This document shows, piece by piece, positions 1 through 8,032 of a DNA stretch of 52,813 bases. Location: assembly GCA_964454865.1 (NCBI GenBank), contig CAYVTQ010000003.1, positions 1-52,813 on the forward strand, given 5' to 3'. The notes beneath the pieces were generated by a model. The model was not told where the DNA came from. It saw nothing but the letters and a program-made list of their open reading frames with translations, and did not search any database. The DNA is from an uncultured Methanosarcinales archaeon (lineage in GTDB: Archaea; Nanobdellota; Nanobdellia; Woesearchaeales; GW2011-AR4). The first letter of the stretch is position 1; each line of letters begins with the position of its first letter. A program made the position numbers and the translations under genes.

Positions 1-840
1 GATAAAACTGCCATCTCCGCGCCAGTAGCCTTTAATGAATTCTGCCTGTTTTTCACAAGACTCAAGCATAAGCCACTTCGGAAGTTTCTTGTTTTTAGCA
101 CCCTTTCCAAATTCCTGCTTGAACAGCCTTGCTGCTAGAGTGCTGCATAACACTAAAGTTACTCCGCCCTTGTATTCCTTATATTCCAGCGGGGCTTTTC
201 CGAATAATTTTTCCAGCAAATCGCTTGCATCCTCAAGATAATCCCTTTCATTTTTGTTAAATGTGAAAGATAAATAATTCTCATTTATTACAGAGCCTTC
301 TGCCATATAATAGCCAACAAGCCTGAAAAAGTCCTTGTCAGTATCAACTTTAAATTCTAAGGTCTTTGACTGATGCCTGCCCCTTCCTATCTTTATTGAG
401 AAAAATCGGCTGTCTTTGGATATTACTGTTCTGTCAATGGGAATCGCAGCATAATCATTTTTGCTTAATTGCGCCGCTTCTATCCATTCAGGCTTAAATT
501 CGCTGTTTTTATAATCTCGGACACAAATATTTGATTGAAAATACTTTGTGTCCTCCTGACATAATGGCGGAATAATTGATTGATTATTTACTTCCGCCAT
601 TATATATTCAGCTTTCTTTCTTTTAACAGCAAGCACCGGATGCCCGCCGGTTATTTTGATTTCCTGCCTTGTATCCCCGTAATAATTGATTGTGCATAAT
701 ATCCCGCTGTGCTTTCTTCTTTGCAGTTCGTAAACTTTTTTGTATGAGCCTGTATGGGTTAATACAATATCCCCAACTGCGACATCTTCAATTTTCTTTG
801 TGCCTTCCAGAGTCTTTACAGGCGCTCCTTTTGTAAAGCA
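1..840 (-). other. Intein 2 in SufB (at least 280 aa, C-terminus outside window) with LAGLIDADG domain
   Basis: Starts CFTKGAPVKTLEG right after extein ...VHYIEG, where SufB normally continues with C-T-A-P. Block B is ITGGHPVL. LAGLIDADG motifs: LVGYYMAEGS and IKGYWRGDGS. No HN/extein junction appears before position 1. Confidence 0.8.
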
Positions 841-2715
841 GCCTTCAATATAATGCACTGAGCTTCCCTCATCGCAGATTATCAATGTCCTTTCAAACTG
901 CCCCATATTCTGGGCGTTGATTCGGAAATACGCCTGCAAAGGCAGGTCCACTTTCACGCCTTTTGGAACGTAAATGAAGCTGCCTCCGCTCCAAACTGCG
1001 CTGTTCAAAGCTGCAAACTTGTTGTCATTATTGGGGATTACAGTGGCAAAATATTTCTTTACAAGCTCAGGATATTCCCTTAATCCGGAGTCCATATCAA
1101 GGAAGAGCACGCCAAGCTTTTCCAGGTCCTCCCTTATCTTGTGGTAGACAACTTCTGAATTATGCACTATTACGCCCTCAGCAACAAAATTATGATAATT
1201 TTCTACTTCAATATCATAGACAGGCTCTGTTCCCATTGGTTTTATGGATTCAATTTTTGCAAAACCTATAAAGTCATTTGCATGCTTTTTAAATGACGTA
1301 TTTTTTGCGCTTTTATAGCTATGATAATATTTCTTCCTGCCTAATCTCAAAAACCTTTTTTCTGATTTACAAGGTATTATATCTGCATTGCCGCTTAACT
1401 GGAGCCTAAAGGCAGTTAACATTCTGCCCTTATCATAGACGTGCTTGGACTGAAATTCATTAATATTAGAAGCAGCAATTCCGCAAAGCATTGCCAGCAT
1501 TCTTGTATCTTCAAGAATTTGCTTATTCACACTCGTAAAAACGATATCATGGTTTTTGGGATGGTCTCTGACATAGCCGTCTGAATCCAAGTAACCTCCT
1601 AAAAACGCTAATATCTGATTTTTTGGCAGTGAAAATAACCATTCTGGAATTTTTTTTGTTTTTGCTTTGCCTCCAAAGCCTATCTTTTCTATAAAGTTTG
1701 ATAAAATACTGGAGTAAATCGTTACCCTATCATTATCAACTACTGAGGCTTCAATGCTGAAAATATTTTGAATGATTCCAGCTAATTCTTCTCGAAGCTG
1801 TTTGTCCTGCATTGGAATTGCTATCTCAATTCTGGCTTTCTTTTTTTCTTTATGTAAAAAGCCATCGCCTAAATATAAGCCAAGAAACCACATCAAGTCT
1901 TCATTAGTATATTCTGGAATTTTTACTTTATTATGCCTATAAGACGCTTTTTCAGGCTCTGGCAATTGATAAGGCTTGCCTTCATAAGGCAATTGTTTAA
2001 CTATAGCAACAAGGTCTCCTACTTTTAAATCTGACAGATAGCGCCATTCTTTTTTGTAGCGGCCCCTTCTTTTTTTCTCTTTTTTGTCGTGCATTAAAGC
2101 CAAAAACGGGTGGTTAATTGTTGTCTTTATTTTTCTAGTTCCTATATTTATCTCAAATACAGGTCTTTCGCCTTTGCACGCCACATCCTTTACTAAAGAA
2201 GGTTTTATCTCTCCGCTAGCTTCATCATAAGCGAAAACCTTGTCTCCTTTTTTTATAGACCTAATATCTTTTGGTCCGGAGGGATTGGTAAACACTTTTG
2301 TATCTCCTGTAAGGCACTCATATTGCGCACCAACTCCTGCCAGAAACTTTCTTTCGGCCTCAGGAATCCCAAGCCTGTCAAATGTCTTCTTGATGTATTC
2401 AGGAACATCATCCCAGTTTTTCTCTGTCTTTTCGCTGGGTTTTATGTAATAATAGATATTGTCAAAATCTATAGTGCTTAAATCCGCGCCCCATGAAGGC
2501 ATTGCCTTTTTCCAGAAAATCTCAAGGCTTTGGAGCCTGAAGTCAAGCATCCATTGCGGCTCATTCTTCATTTTGGAGATTTCCTCAACTATTTCTTTTG
2601 TCAATCCTCTCTTTGACTTGAATATATAGTCCTCTTTATCTGAGAAAGAGTATTTGCTGTAATCTTTTACAAATGCTTCCGCGCTTTCTTCTGTTTTTAG
2701 AATCTGCTCTGCCAT
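1..2715 (-). CDS. sufB: Fe-S cluster assembly protein SufB, N-terminal part only (runs off window start), interrupted by two inteins
   Basis: Manual minus-strand translation from ATG 2713-2715 (AGGAG about 8 nt upstream). Open for all 905 codons down to position 1. Not in the ORF track because there is no stop in the window. Extein motifs: MPSWGADLSTIDFDNIYYY, FLAGVGAQYE, then SEVVYHKIREDL...VWSGGSFIYVPKGVKVDLPLQAYFRINAQNMGQFERTLIICDEGSSVHYIEG. Confidence 0.9.
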   Translation of the reverse strand, partial: MAEQILKTEESAEAFVKDYSKYSFSDKEDYIFKSKRGLTKEIVEEISKMKNEPQWMLDFRLQSLEIFWKKAMPSWGADLSTIDFDNIYYYIKPSEKTEKNWDDVPEYIKKTFDRLGIPEAERKFLAGVGAQYECLTGDTKVFTNPSGPKDIRSIKKGDKVFAYDEASGEIKPSLVKDVACKGERPVFEINIGTRKIKTTINHPFLALMHDKKEKKRRGRYKKEWRYLSDLKVGDLVAIVKQLPYEGKPYQLPEPEKASYRHNKVKIPEYTNEDLMWFLGLYLGDGFLHKEKKKARIEIAIPMQDKQLREELAGIIQNIFSIEASVVDNDRVTIYSSILSNFIEKIGFGGKAKTKKIPEWLFSLPKNQILAFLGGYLDSDGYVRDHPKNHDIVFTSVNKQILEDTRMLAMLCGIAASNINEFQSKHVYDKGRMLTAFRLQLSGNADIIPCKSEKRFLRLGRKKYYHSYKSAKNTSFKKHANDFIGFAKIESIKPMGTEPVYDIEVENYHNFVAEGVIVHNSEVVYHKIREDLEKLGVLFLDMDSGLREYPELVKKYFATVIPNNDNKFAALNSAVWSGGSFIYVPKGVKVDLPLQAYFRINAQNMGQFERTLIICDEGSSVHYIEGCFTKGAPVKTLEGTKKIEDVAVGDIVLTHTGSYKKVYELQRRKHSGILCTINYYGDTRQEIKITGGHPVLAVKRKKAEYIMAEVNNQSIIPPLCQEDTKYFQSNICVRDYKNSEFKPEWIEAAQLSKNDYAAIPIDRTVISKDSRFFSIKIGRGRHQSKTLEFKVDTDKDFFRLVGYYMAEGSVINENYLSFTFNKNERDYLEDASDLLEKLFGKAPLEYKEYKGGVTLVLCSTLAARLFKQEFGKGAKNKKLPKWLMLESCEKQAEFIKGYWRGDGSFI
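512..609. repeat. Structured short repeat, family 1, copy A (two long hairpins), embedded in frame in intein 2
   Basis: Hand alignment gives near-identity to 19108-19209. Hairpins: GGACACAAATATT...AATACTTTGTGTCC and ATAATGGCGGAATAAT...ATTATTTACTTCCGCCATTAT. Confidence 0.8.
1159..2316 (-). other. Intein 1 in SufB (386 aa) with LAGLIDADG homing-endonuclease domain
   Basis: Starts CLTGDTKV directly after extein ...GAQYE. Block B is TINHPFL. Two LAGLIDADG motifs: FLGLYLGDG and FLGGYLDSDG. Ends FVAEGVIVHN, followed by extein S(+1)EVVYH. The length is exactly in frame (1158 nt). Confidence 0.85.
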
Positions 2716-2739
2716 TATAAAACTCCTAGATAGTTTTGA

Positions 2740-3138
2740 TTATTTGCCCGGTAATTGCACAATAAGCCCTTCTTCAAAGCATACATTGCAGTTTTCGAGC
2801 TCTTTTGATTGGCTCCGGTGTATGCCGCAAAGTATCTGCCTCACATCTGTAAGGTTGCAAATCCTGTATATTTCGGCAATCAGCCTCTGCTTTGAATTGT
2901 CATGCATCAGCTTATCAAGAGAATTTCTCATTTCATTCCTTACATCTTCGCTAAAGACCACTTCTTTGGCCCTTTTTGAATTTAGATACTGCGATACTGC
3001 AGCTTCTGTAATGTCAAGCAGCTTTGCAGTCTCTTTCTGCGATTTCTTTTTCTCTTCCACCAGTATTTTTGCAAATTCCCTTCTTATTGCAGGCAGAATA
3101 TACCTTACTTCAATCTCCTGAGGCATGCTTTCAATCAT
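2740..3138 (-). CDS. HTH transcriptional regulator with C-terminal Cys/His-rich tail, immediately upstream of sufB
   Basis: ORF-track protein. HTH-like KSQKETAKLLDITEAAVSQYLNSKR. C-terminal C-x10-C-x-H-x12-C-x2-C. Start placed at the internal Met (MIESMPQEIEV); the start is uncertain. 24-nt gap to sufB. Confidence 0.6.
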   Translation of the reverse strand: MIESMPQEIEVRYILPAIRREFAKILVEEKKKSQKETAKLLDITEAAVSQYLNSKRAKEVVFSEDVRNEMRNSLDKLMHDNSKQRLIAEIYRICNLTDVRQILCGIHRSQSKELENCNVCFEEGLIVQLPGK

Positions 3139-3264
3139 ATACTTAACAATCGTTAACTTATATTTAAATTTTGTTGTTTTTATATACTCCAGAATCAAAA
3201 GTCTTAAATATTACCTTAAAAATATAATTAGTTCACAAAAACTTATGCCAAGGGGGTGAAATGA

Positions 3265-3618
3265 ATGGCAGAGGGAAGCAAATTAGGAGAATGGAGTTTT
3301 ATTGTTGGCACAATAATAGCAGTGCTGATTGGGCTTTTTTCAGGGAGCCTTAGCCAGGGAACACAAGGCTGGCTGGTATTGCTGCTGGTAGTTCTGGGAT
3401 TAGTAGTAGGATTCCTGAATATTACAGAAAAAGAAATGACTCCTTTCCTGGTTGCAGGCATAGCACTTATAGCAACTGGCACAGCGGGCGACACTCTGGG
3501 AGTAATTCCTATGGTGGGAGGCTACGTATCAGGAATTGTCAAGGCGATTGCAGTTTTTGTAACGCCTGCCGCTATAGTGGTTGCATTGAAGGCAATCAAG
3601 TCATTAGCTAAAAACTGA
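3265..3618 (+). CDS. Small integral membrane protein (about 4 TM), function unknown
   Basis: Strong SD-like AGGGGGTGA upstream of the ATG. Hydrophobic Gly/Ala/Val-rich segments. Confidence 0.6.
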   Translation: MAEGSKLGEWSFIVGTIIAVLIGLFSGSLSQGTQGWLVLLLVVLGLVVGFLNITEKEMTPFLVAGIALIATGTAGDTLGVIPMVGGYVSGIVKAIAVFVTPAAIVVALKAIKSLAKN

Positions 3619-3667
3619 ACATACAGAATTTTTTATTTTTTTCTATTTTCTTTATTTTTTTAGAAAA

Positions 3668-4213
3668 TTACTTAGTGTAAAGTTTAGTCAATAGGTCTGA
3701 TTTTGTTATCAATCCCACCAATTTGCCGCTTTCAGACACCAAAACCAAGGGATAGTGCCTGAGAAGAGAAGACACAATATTTATAGAAGACTCTCTTGAA
3801 ATAACAGGAGGGGCTTCCCTCATTACGCTGCTCACATTGCTGTCTTTAGAGTTCAAAATGGCATCAAGCAGAATGGATTCTGAAACAAGGCCGACAGCCT
3901 TATGGTCTTCCACAACAGGCAGCTGGGAAATCTTGTATTTCTTCATCTTTTCGACAGCGCTTTTTATTGATTCATCGGGCTTTGCGCTCACTATCCTGTC
4001 ATTCATTATCTGGAACGCCCTTATTTCCTGCTTTTTCTCCAGATCACCCAAGGCTGTGAATATCTTCATTGCATTGGAATAAGTTGGGTCAAGCCTTCCT
4101 GATTCTATTTTAGCTATCAGTGATTGGGAGACGTTGGCTTTTTTCGCCAGCTCTGTCTGCGTCAATCCAATGTGCTTCCTTATTTTCTTGATTTCGTCTA
4201 GTTCGTAGGACAT
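3668..4213 (-). CDS. XRE-type HTH plus CBS-pair domain regulator
   Basis: HTH is IGLTQTELAKKANVSQSLIAKIESG. It is followed by two CBS-like repeats (...ISQLPVVEDHKAVGLVSE..., ...YPLVLVSESGKLVGLITKSDLL). Confidence 0.85.
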   Translation of the reverse strand: MSYELDEIKKIRKHIGLTQTELAKKANVSQSLIAKIESGRLDPTYSNAMKIFTALGDLEKKQEIRAFQIMNDRIVSAKPDESIKSAVEKMKKYKISQLPVVEDHKAVGLVSESILLDAILNSKDSNVSSVMREAPPVISRESSINIVSSLLRHYPLVLVSESGKLVGLITKSDLLTKLYTK

Positions 4214-4639
4214 TTTAAAATAGGGTTTTTAGACATATTTTTTAAGATTCTTAATTTGTAATAAAATTCATTCCGGGATTCCACTTTAATGCTCATATGT
4301 TCCGCTATTGCGGCATTTGCCGGCCGGCATTGGCTGGAATTTATACTTATGCTGTCGCTTTATAGGAAAAGGCAAGTGCTTCTCGCCCTGTGGATTGTCG
4401 GGCGAGTTCTATGCAATTGCATACCAATAAATGCGAGCCATTGTTGGGCGAGCCTAGACCCAAAGGAAGGAAACACAAAAATGACCAATTAATTGTAATA
4501 TTTTAATATGCAATATAAAAAACTATCTTTTTTAGGAATACTTTAGAGGAATAAATATTCCTATTTGAATATGATAAAAATTGCAAAAAAAACAATTAAA
4601 TATAACCTCTAAATACCAATGGTCTTATAGAAAGGTTGG

Positions 4640-5905
4640 GTGGCACTTATTTTATACAAAACCAGACACGAAGTTTTTAAGGAATTAAGAGTTATTGAGT
4701 TGGGAAATGGCAGAATAGCCCACTGCAGATTTAATATATCTCCGGTAAAGGGGCAAGTTGTCTGGGCTAATAAAGATGTATTGGCTTCTTCTTTGCCATC
4801 GGAAATTGAGAGGCTGGTTCGAGGAGAAGATCCTTCAGATTTTTCTTATTTTGTAAATTACAGGCCAAAGCAAGGAGCAGAAACCAGAACTGCTCACTCT
4901 TTAGTTGCTCATGCCAGAGAAGCAATGCTTACAGAAGTTCCTCCAATTGAATTTCAAGGGGAAACTTATGGATTAACAACAATTAAAGGGATAGGCCATC
5001 CTCAAGCCACGTATATGTGGAGAAATGCTTCGTCTGTATTGCCTATGGACCAGCTTTATGAAGTGCCTGTTCCATGGAGCATTGGCGGAAAAAGGCTTGA
5101 AAAAGACGATGCTGATATGACTCTTGATGAATTCCTTGAAACGCGCCCTGTTGGATTTGGCTATGAATTGCAGATGATTCACGAAATGGAAGGAGTTAAA
5201 TTAGTTTCCCAATACGGCTTGAAGCCAGCTCACCTTCCTCTTGCTGTAATAAGGCTGACTGAAATTTTAGATAATGAAGGAAATAGGGTTAATGTAAGTG
5301 ATTTGCCATTTGACAGGCATGCTCCGGATGGAAAATTGATTTACAGGTTTGTTCCTGCTATTTCAGTCAGATCTTGGGTCGATAACTTAAGGGTTTCTGA
5401 GATGCGGGAGGAAGATTTCCAGAGATTCTATGAAGAGAATAAGGACAGGTATAATTTTAAAGGCATACCTGATTATTTTGCATGGTGGGGCGGAGAAATT
5501 GGATGGCAAACCGCAAGAATGCACAGCGAGGGGATGACTCATGCAAACATAAGCGGCATTAATATAACTCCAGATGCAAGACTGCAGGATTATGCAGATT
5601 CGCAGGCGCCTGGATTTCATCAGCCCTTATCAATTAATGATCTAAGAAACACCGGAGAATTCGCGAAAAGAGTTGCAGAAGATATAGTCTTTGCAGCCCT
5701 ATCATGCTACGATTTGGCATTTGCATATTATAATGCACATCCGCACGATAACAAGGCAAAAGTTAATCCAGCCTTAACTTTAGGAAATAGCATAGCGAGA
5801 GAGTTTATAAAACAATATGAAATTATTAACCAAATAGGAGAACAAGTTGCCGGCCAAATTTCTGGAAAGGATAAATTGGTATTTGACCTTCTTCAAGCTG
5901 CTTAA
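4640..5905 (+). CDS. Hypothetical protein (421 aa), GTG start
   Basis: Long ORF with SD-like AAGGTTGG just upstream of the GTG. No in-frame ATG for about 95 codons. I recognise no family, apart from a weak kinase-like H-x-N...D-Y-A-D stretch. Confidence 0.6.
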   Translation: MALILYKTRHEVFKELRVIELGNGRIAHCRFNISPVKGQVVWANKDVLASSLPSEIERLVRGEDPSDFSYFVNYRPKQGAETRTAHSLVAHAREAMLTEVPPIEFQGETYGLTTIKGIGHPQATYMWRNASSVLPMDQLYEVPVPWSIGGKRLEKDDADMTLDEFLETRPVGFGYELQMIHEMEGVKLVSQYGLKPAHLPLAVIRLTEILDNEGNRVNVSDLPFDRHAPDGKLIYRFVPAISVRSWVDNLRVSEMREEDFQRFYEENKDRYNFKGIPDYFAWWGGEIGWQTARMHSEGMTHANISGINITPDARLQDYADSQAPGFHQPLSINDLRNTGEFAKRVAEDIVFAALSCYDLAFAYYNAHPHDNKAKVNPALTLGNSIAREFIKQYEIINQIGEQVAGQISGKDKLVFDLLQAA

Positions 5906-6023
5906 TTAATACAAAATTATGAATAATATAGTTTACCAATTATTCCTATAAGAATAATTTAAGCAAAAACTTATATAATATGCAGGAATCCCTTTCCTAA
6001 AAACAAAGGGCGAGGTGGTTTAT

Positions 6024-7214
6024 ATGCCAAAAATAGAGTATTTTACATCAGAAAGCGTTACTGAAGGCCATCCTGACAAGATATGCGACCAGATAAGCGA
6101 CGCTATTCTTGACACTTTAATAGTACAGGATCCATATTCAAGGGTTGCTGTTGAATGCCTGACAACTACGGGATTAGTTGTGGTGGCAGGAGAAGTCACA
6201 ACACAGGGCTATGCAGACATACAGGGAATTGCAAGAAGGACATTAAGGGACATTGGATATACAAATCCCGAGTTTGGAATTGATTTCAATGACGCAGGAG
6301 TTTTAGTTAGCATTCACGGACAAAGCGCAGACATTGCGCAGGGCGTAAATGAAGCAACAAACAAGGAGCAGGGAGCCGGCGATCAGGGAATGATGTACGG
6401 CTTTGCGACAAATGAGACTCCTGAGCTTATGCCTTTGCCTATTGTTATGGCGCACAAATTGACAAGGAGGCTGTCGGAAGTAAGGAAAAACGGGGTTGTG
6501 AAAGGGCTTGGCCCTGACGGCAAATCTCAGGTTAGCATTGAATATCACGACGGCAGGCCAAAAAGGATAAGCGCAGTTGTTTTGGCGCAGCAGCATACTG
6601 AGGATATTTCTGAAGAGAAACTGAAAGAAGAGCTGTACGAAAGAGTCATAAAGCCTGTCTGCGGCAGCATGATGGACAACAACACAACTGTTTATATCAA
6701 CGCAACAGGAAAGTTCGTGATTGGAGGCCCTGAAGGGGATTCAGGAGTTACAGGAAGGAAGATCATTGTTGACACTTACGGCGGAATAGGAAGGCACGGA
6801 GGAGGCGCTTTCTCAGGAAAAGACCCTTCGAAAGTCGACAGGAGCGGAGCCTATGCAGCAAGGTATGTTGCAAAGAACATTGTAGCTGCAGGCTTGGCTG
6901 ACAAGTGCGAAGTCCAGATTTCGTATGCAATTGGTGTTGCGAAGCCTACTTCCATAAATGTAGACTGCTTCTCCACAAATAAGATTCCGGAAGCAAAGAT
7001 TGTCGAGCTTGTCCACAAGAACTTCGACTTGAGGCCGAGAGCAGTGATAGAAATGCTGAACTTGAGAAGGCCCATTTACAGAAAAACAGCAGCCTATGGG
7101 CATTTTGGAAGGAACGACCCTGACTTCACATGGGAGAAGACTGACAGGGCTGAGGCTTTGAGGAAAGATGCGGGGCTAAGGCCTATGGAAACTGAAAGGG
7201 AGATTGAGGTTTAG
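6024..7214 (+). CDS. metK: S-adenosylmethionine synthetase, bacterial/eukaryotic MetK type
   Basis: Motifs [29 protein letters not shown] and [28 protein letters not shown] 6 nt upstream of ATG 6024. Confidence 0.95.
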   Translation: MPKIEYFTSESVTEGHPDKICDQISDAILDTLIVQDPYSRVAVECLTTTGLVVVAGEVTTQGYADIQGIARRTLRDIGYTNPEFGIDFNDAGVLVSIHGQSADIAQGVNEATNKEQGAGDQGMMYGFATNETPELMPLPIVMAHKLTRRLSEVRKNGVVKGLGPDGKSQVSIEYHDGRPKRISAVVLAQQHTEDISEEKLKEELYERVIKPVCGSMMDNNTTVYINATGKFVIGGPEGDSGVTGRKIIVDTYGGIGRHGGGAFSGKDPSKVDRSGAYAARYVAKNIVAAGLADKCEVQISYAIGVAKPTSINVDCFSTNKIPEAKIVELVHKNFDLRPRAVIEMLNLRRPIYRKTAAYGHFGRNDPDFTWEKTDRAEALRKDAGLRPMETEREIEV

Positions 7215-7261
7215 AAGCTCTTATTTTTTATTTAATTTATTTTAATTTTAAAATTCATTTA

Positions 7262-7969
7262 TTAGAATTTTATTCCGCTTTTTCCAAGAATAGCTTCAAG
7301 ACTAGGATGCTCTCTAGCAAGCCTCATTTCATCAGCAGATTTTATTGCAGCTTCTTCTGATGCAATGTGATAGTTATCAAGATCTGGCTCACCATCAGTT
7401 TTATGTTCCTCAGTAAATGCAAGGTGTTTTGCTGCATACATAGCGGATGCTCCCTCATATGCCCTTGCCTTTAAATAATGAACTGCTGCCCTTAAATCTT
7501 CGATTTGTTGGTTTTCGTGGTGATTGGACGGCAATTTTCTTTCTAAGGATTCAAGTACTTGAATTGCTTCTCCAAAGCGATTAATGCCAAGAAATCCCAT
7601 TGCTGCATCAACATAAGAAGCGCCATTAATAATAGATTCTCCCATCCATTTTTTCATTTCAATTTCAGCCGATGCCCTATAATCATCGAGATCTGGGTCT
7701 CCGGGGTTTCGGTGCTGAGTATCGGCTAATTTTTCGTATAAATTCATTGCGGCCCCTAAATGAGCCTCCCTAGTAAGCGCACTTATAGGTACACCATTTA
7801 TAGTCTGTATTTCAGAAGGCCTGTCATGTTCAAACAAATCCAGCTCACTAGCCGCTTCGCCAAATCTTCCCATTCTAACTAGCCCATATGCCGCAGTTCC
7901 GCTTGACACTGCCTTTTCATAAATATCTGGGCTAACCACAGCCTTATCTTGAGAATTTCCACCCACCAT
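7262..7969 (-). CDS. Hypothetical protein with internal helical repeats
   Basis: Duplicated modules: GRFGEAASELDLFEH / NRFGEAIQVLESLER, and DPDLDDYRASAEIEMKK / EPDLDNYHIASEEAAIKS. Confidence 0.55.
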   Translation of the reverse strand: MVGGNSQDKAVVSPDIYEKAVSSGTAAYGLVRMGRFGEAASELDLFEHDRPSEIQTINGVPISALTREAHLGAAMNLYEKLADTQHRNPGDPDLDDYRASAEIEMKKWMGESIINGASYVDAAMGFLGINRFGEAIQVLESLERKLPSNHHENQQIEDLRAAVHYLKARAYEGASAMYAAKHLAFTEEHKTDGEPDLDNYHIASEEAAIKSADEMRLAREHPSLEAILGKSGIKF

Positions 7970-8032
7970 TTACTAAACTAATAATTATTAATATATAAAT
8001 CTGTTGGTTTTAACGGCTTGAGATTAACACAA

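Noticed and set aside
4289-4492. 67-aa ORF in the GC-rich island
   Set aside because: It has no SD or promoter context and an odd Cys/Trp-rich translation. The region is treated as non-coding in the findings.
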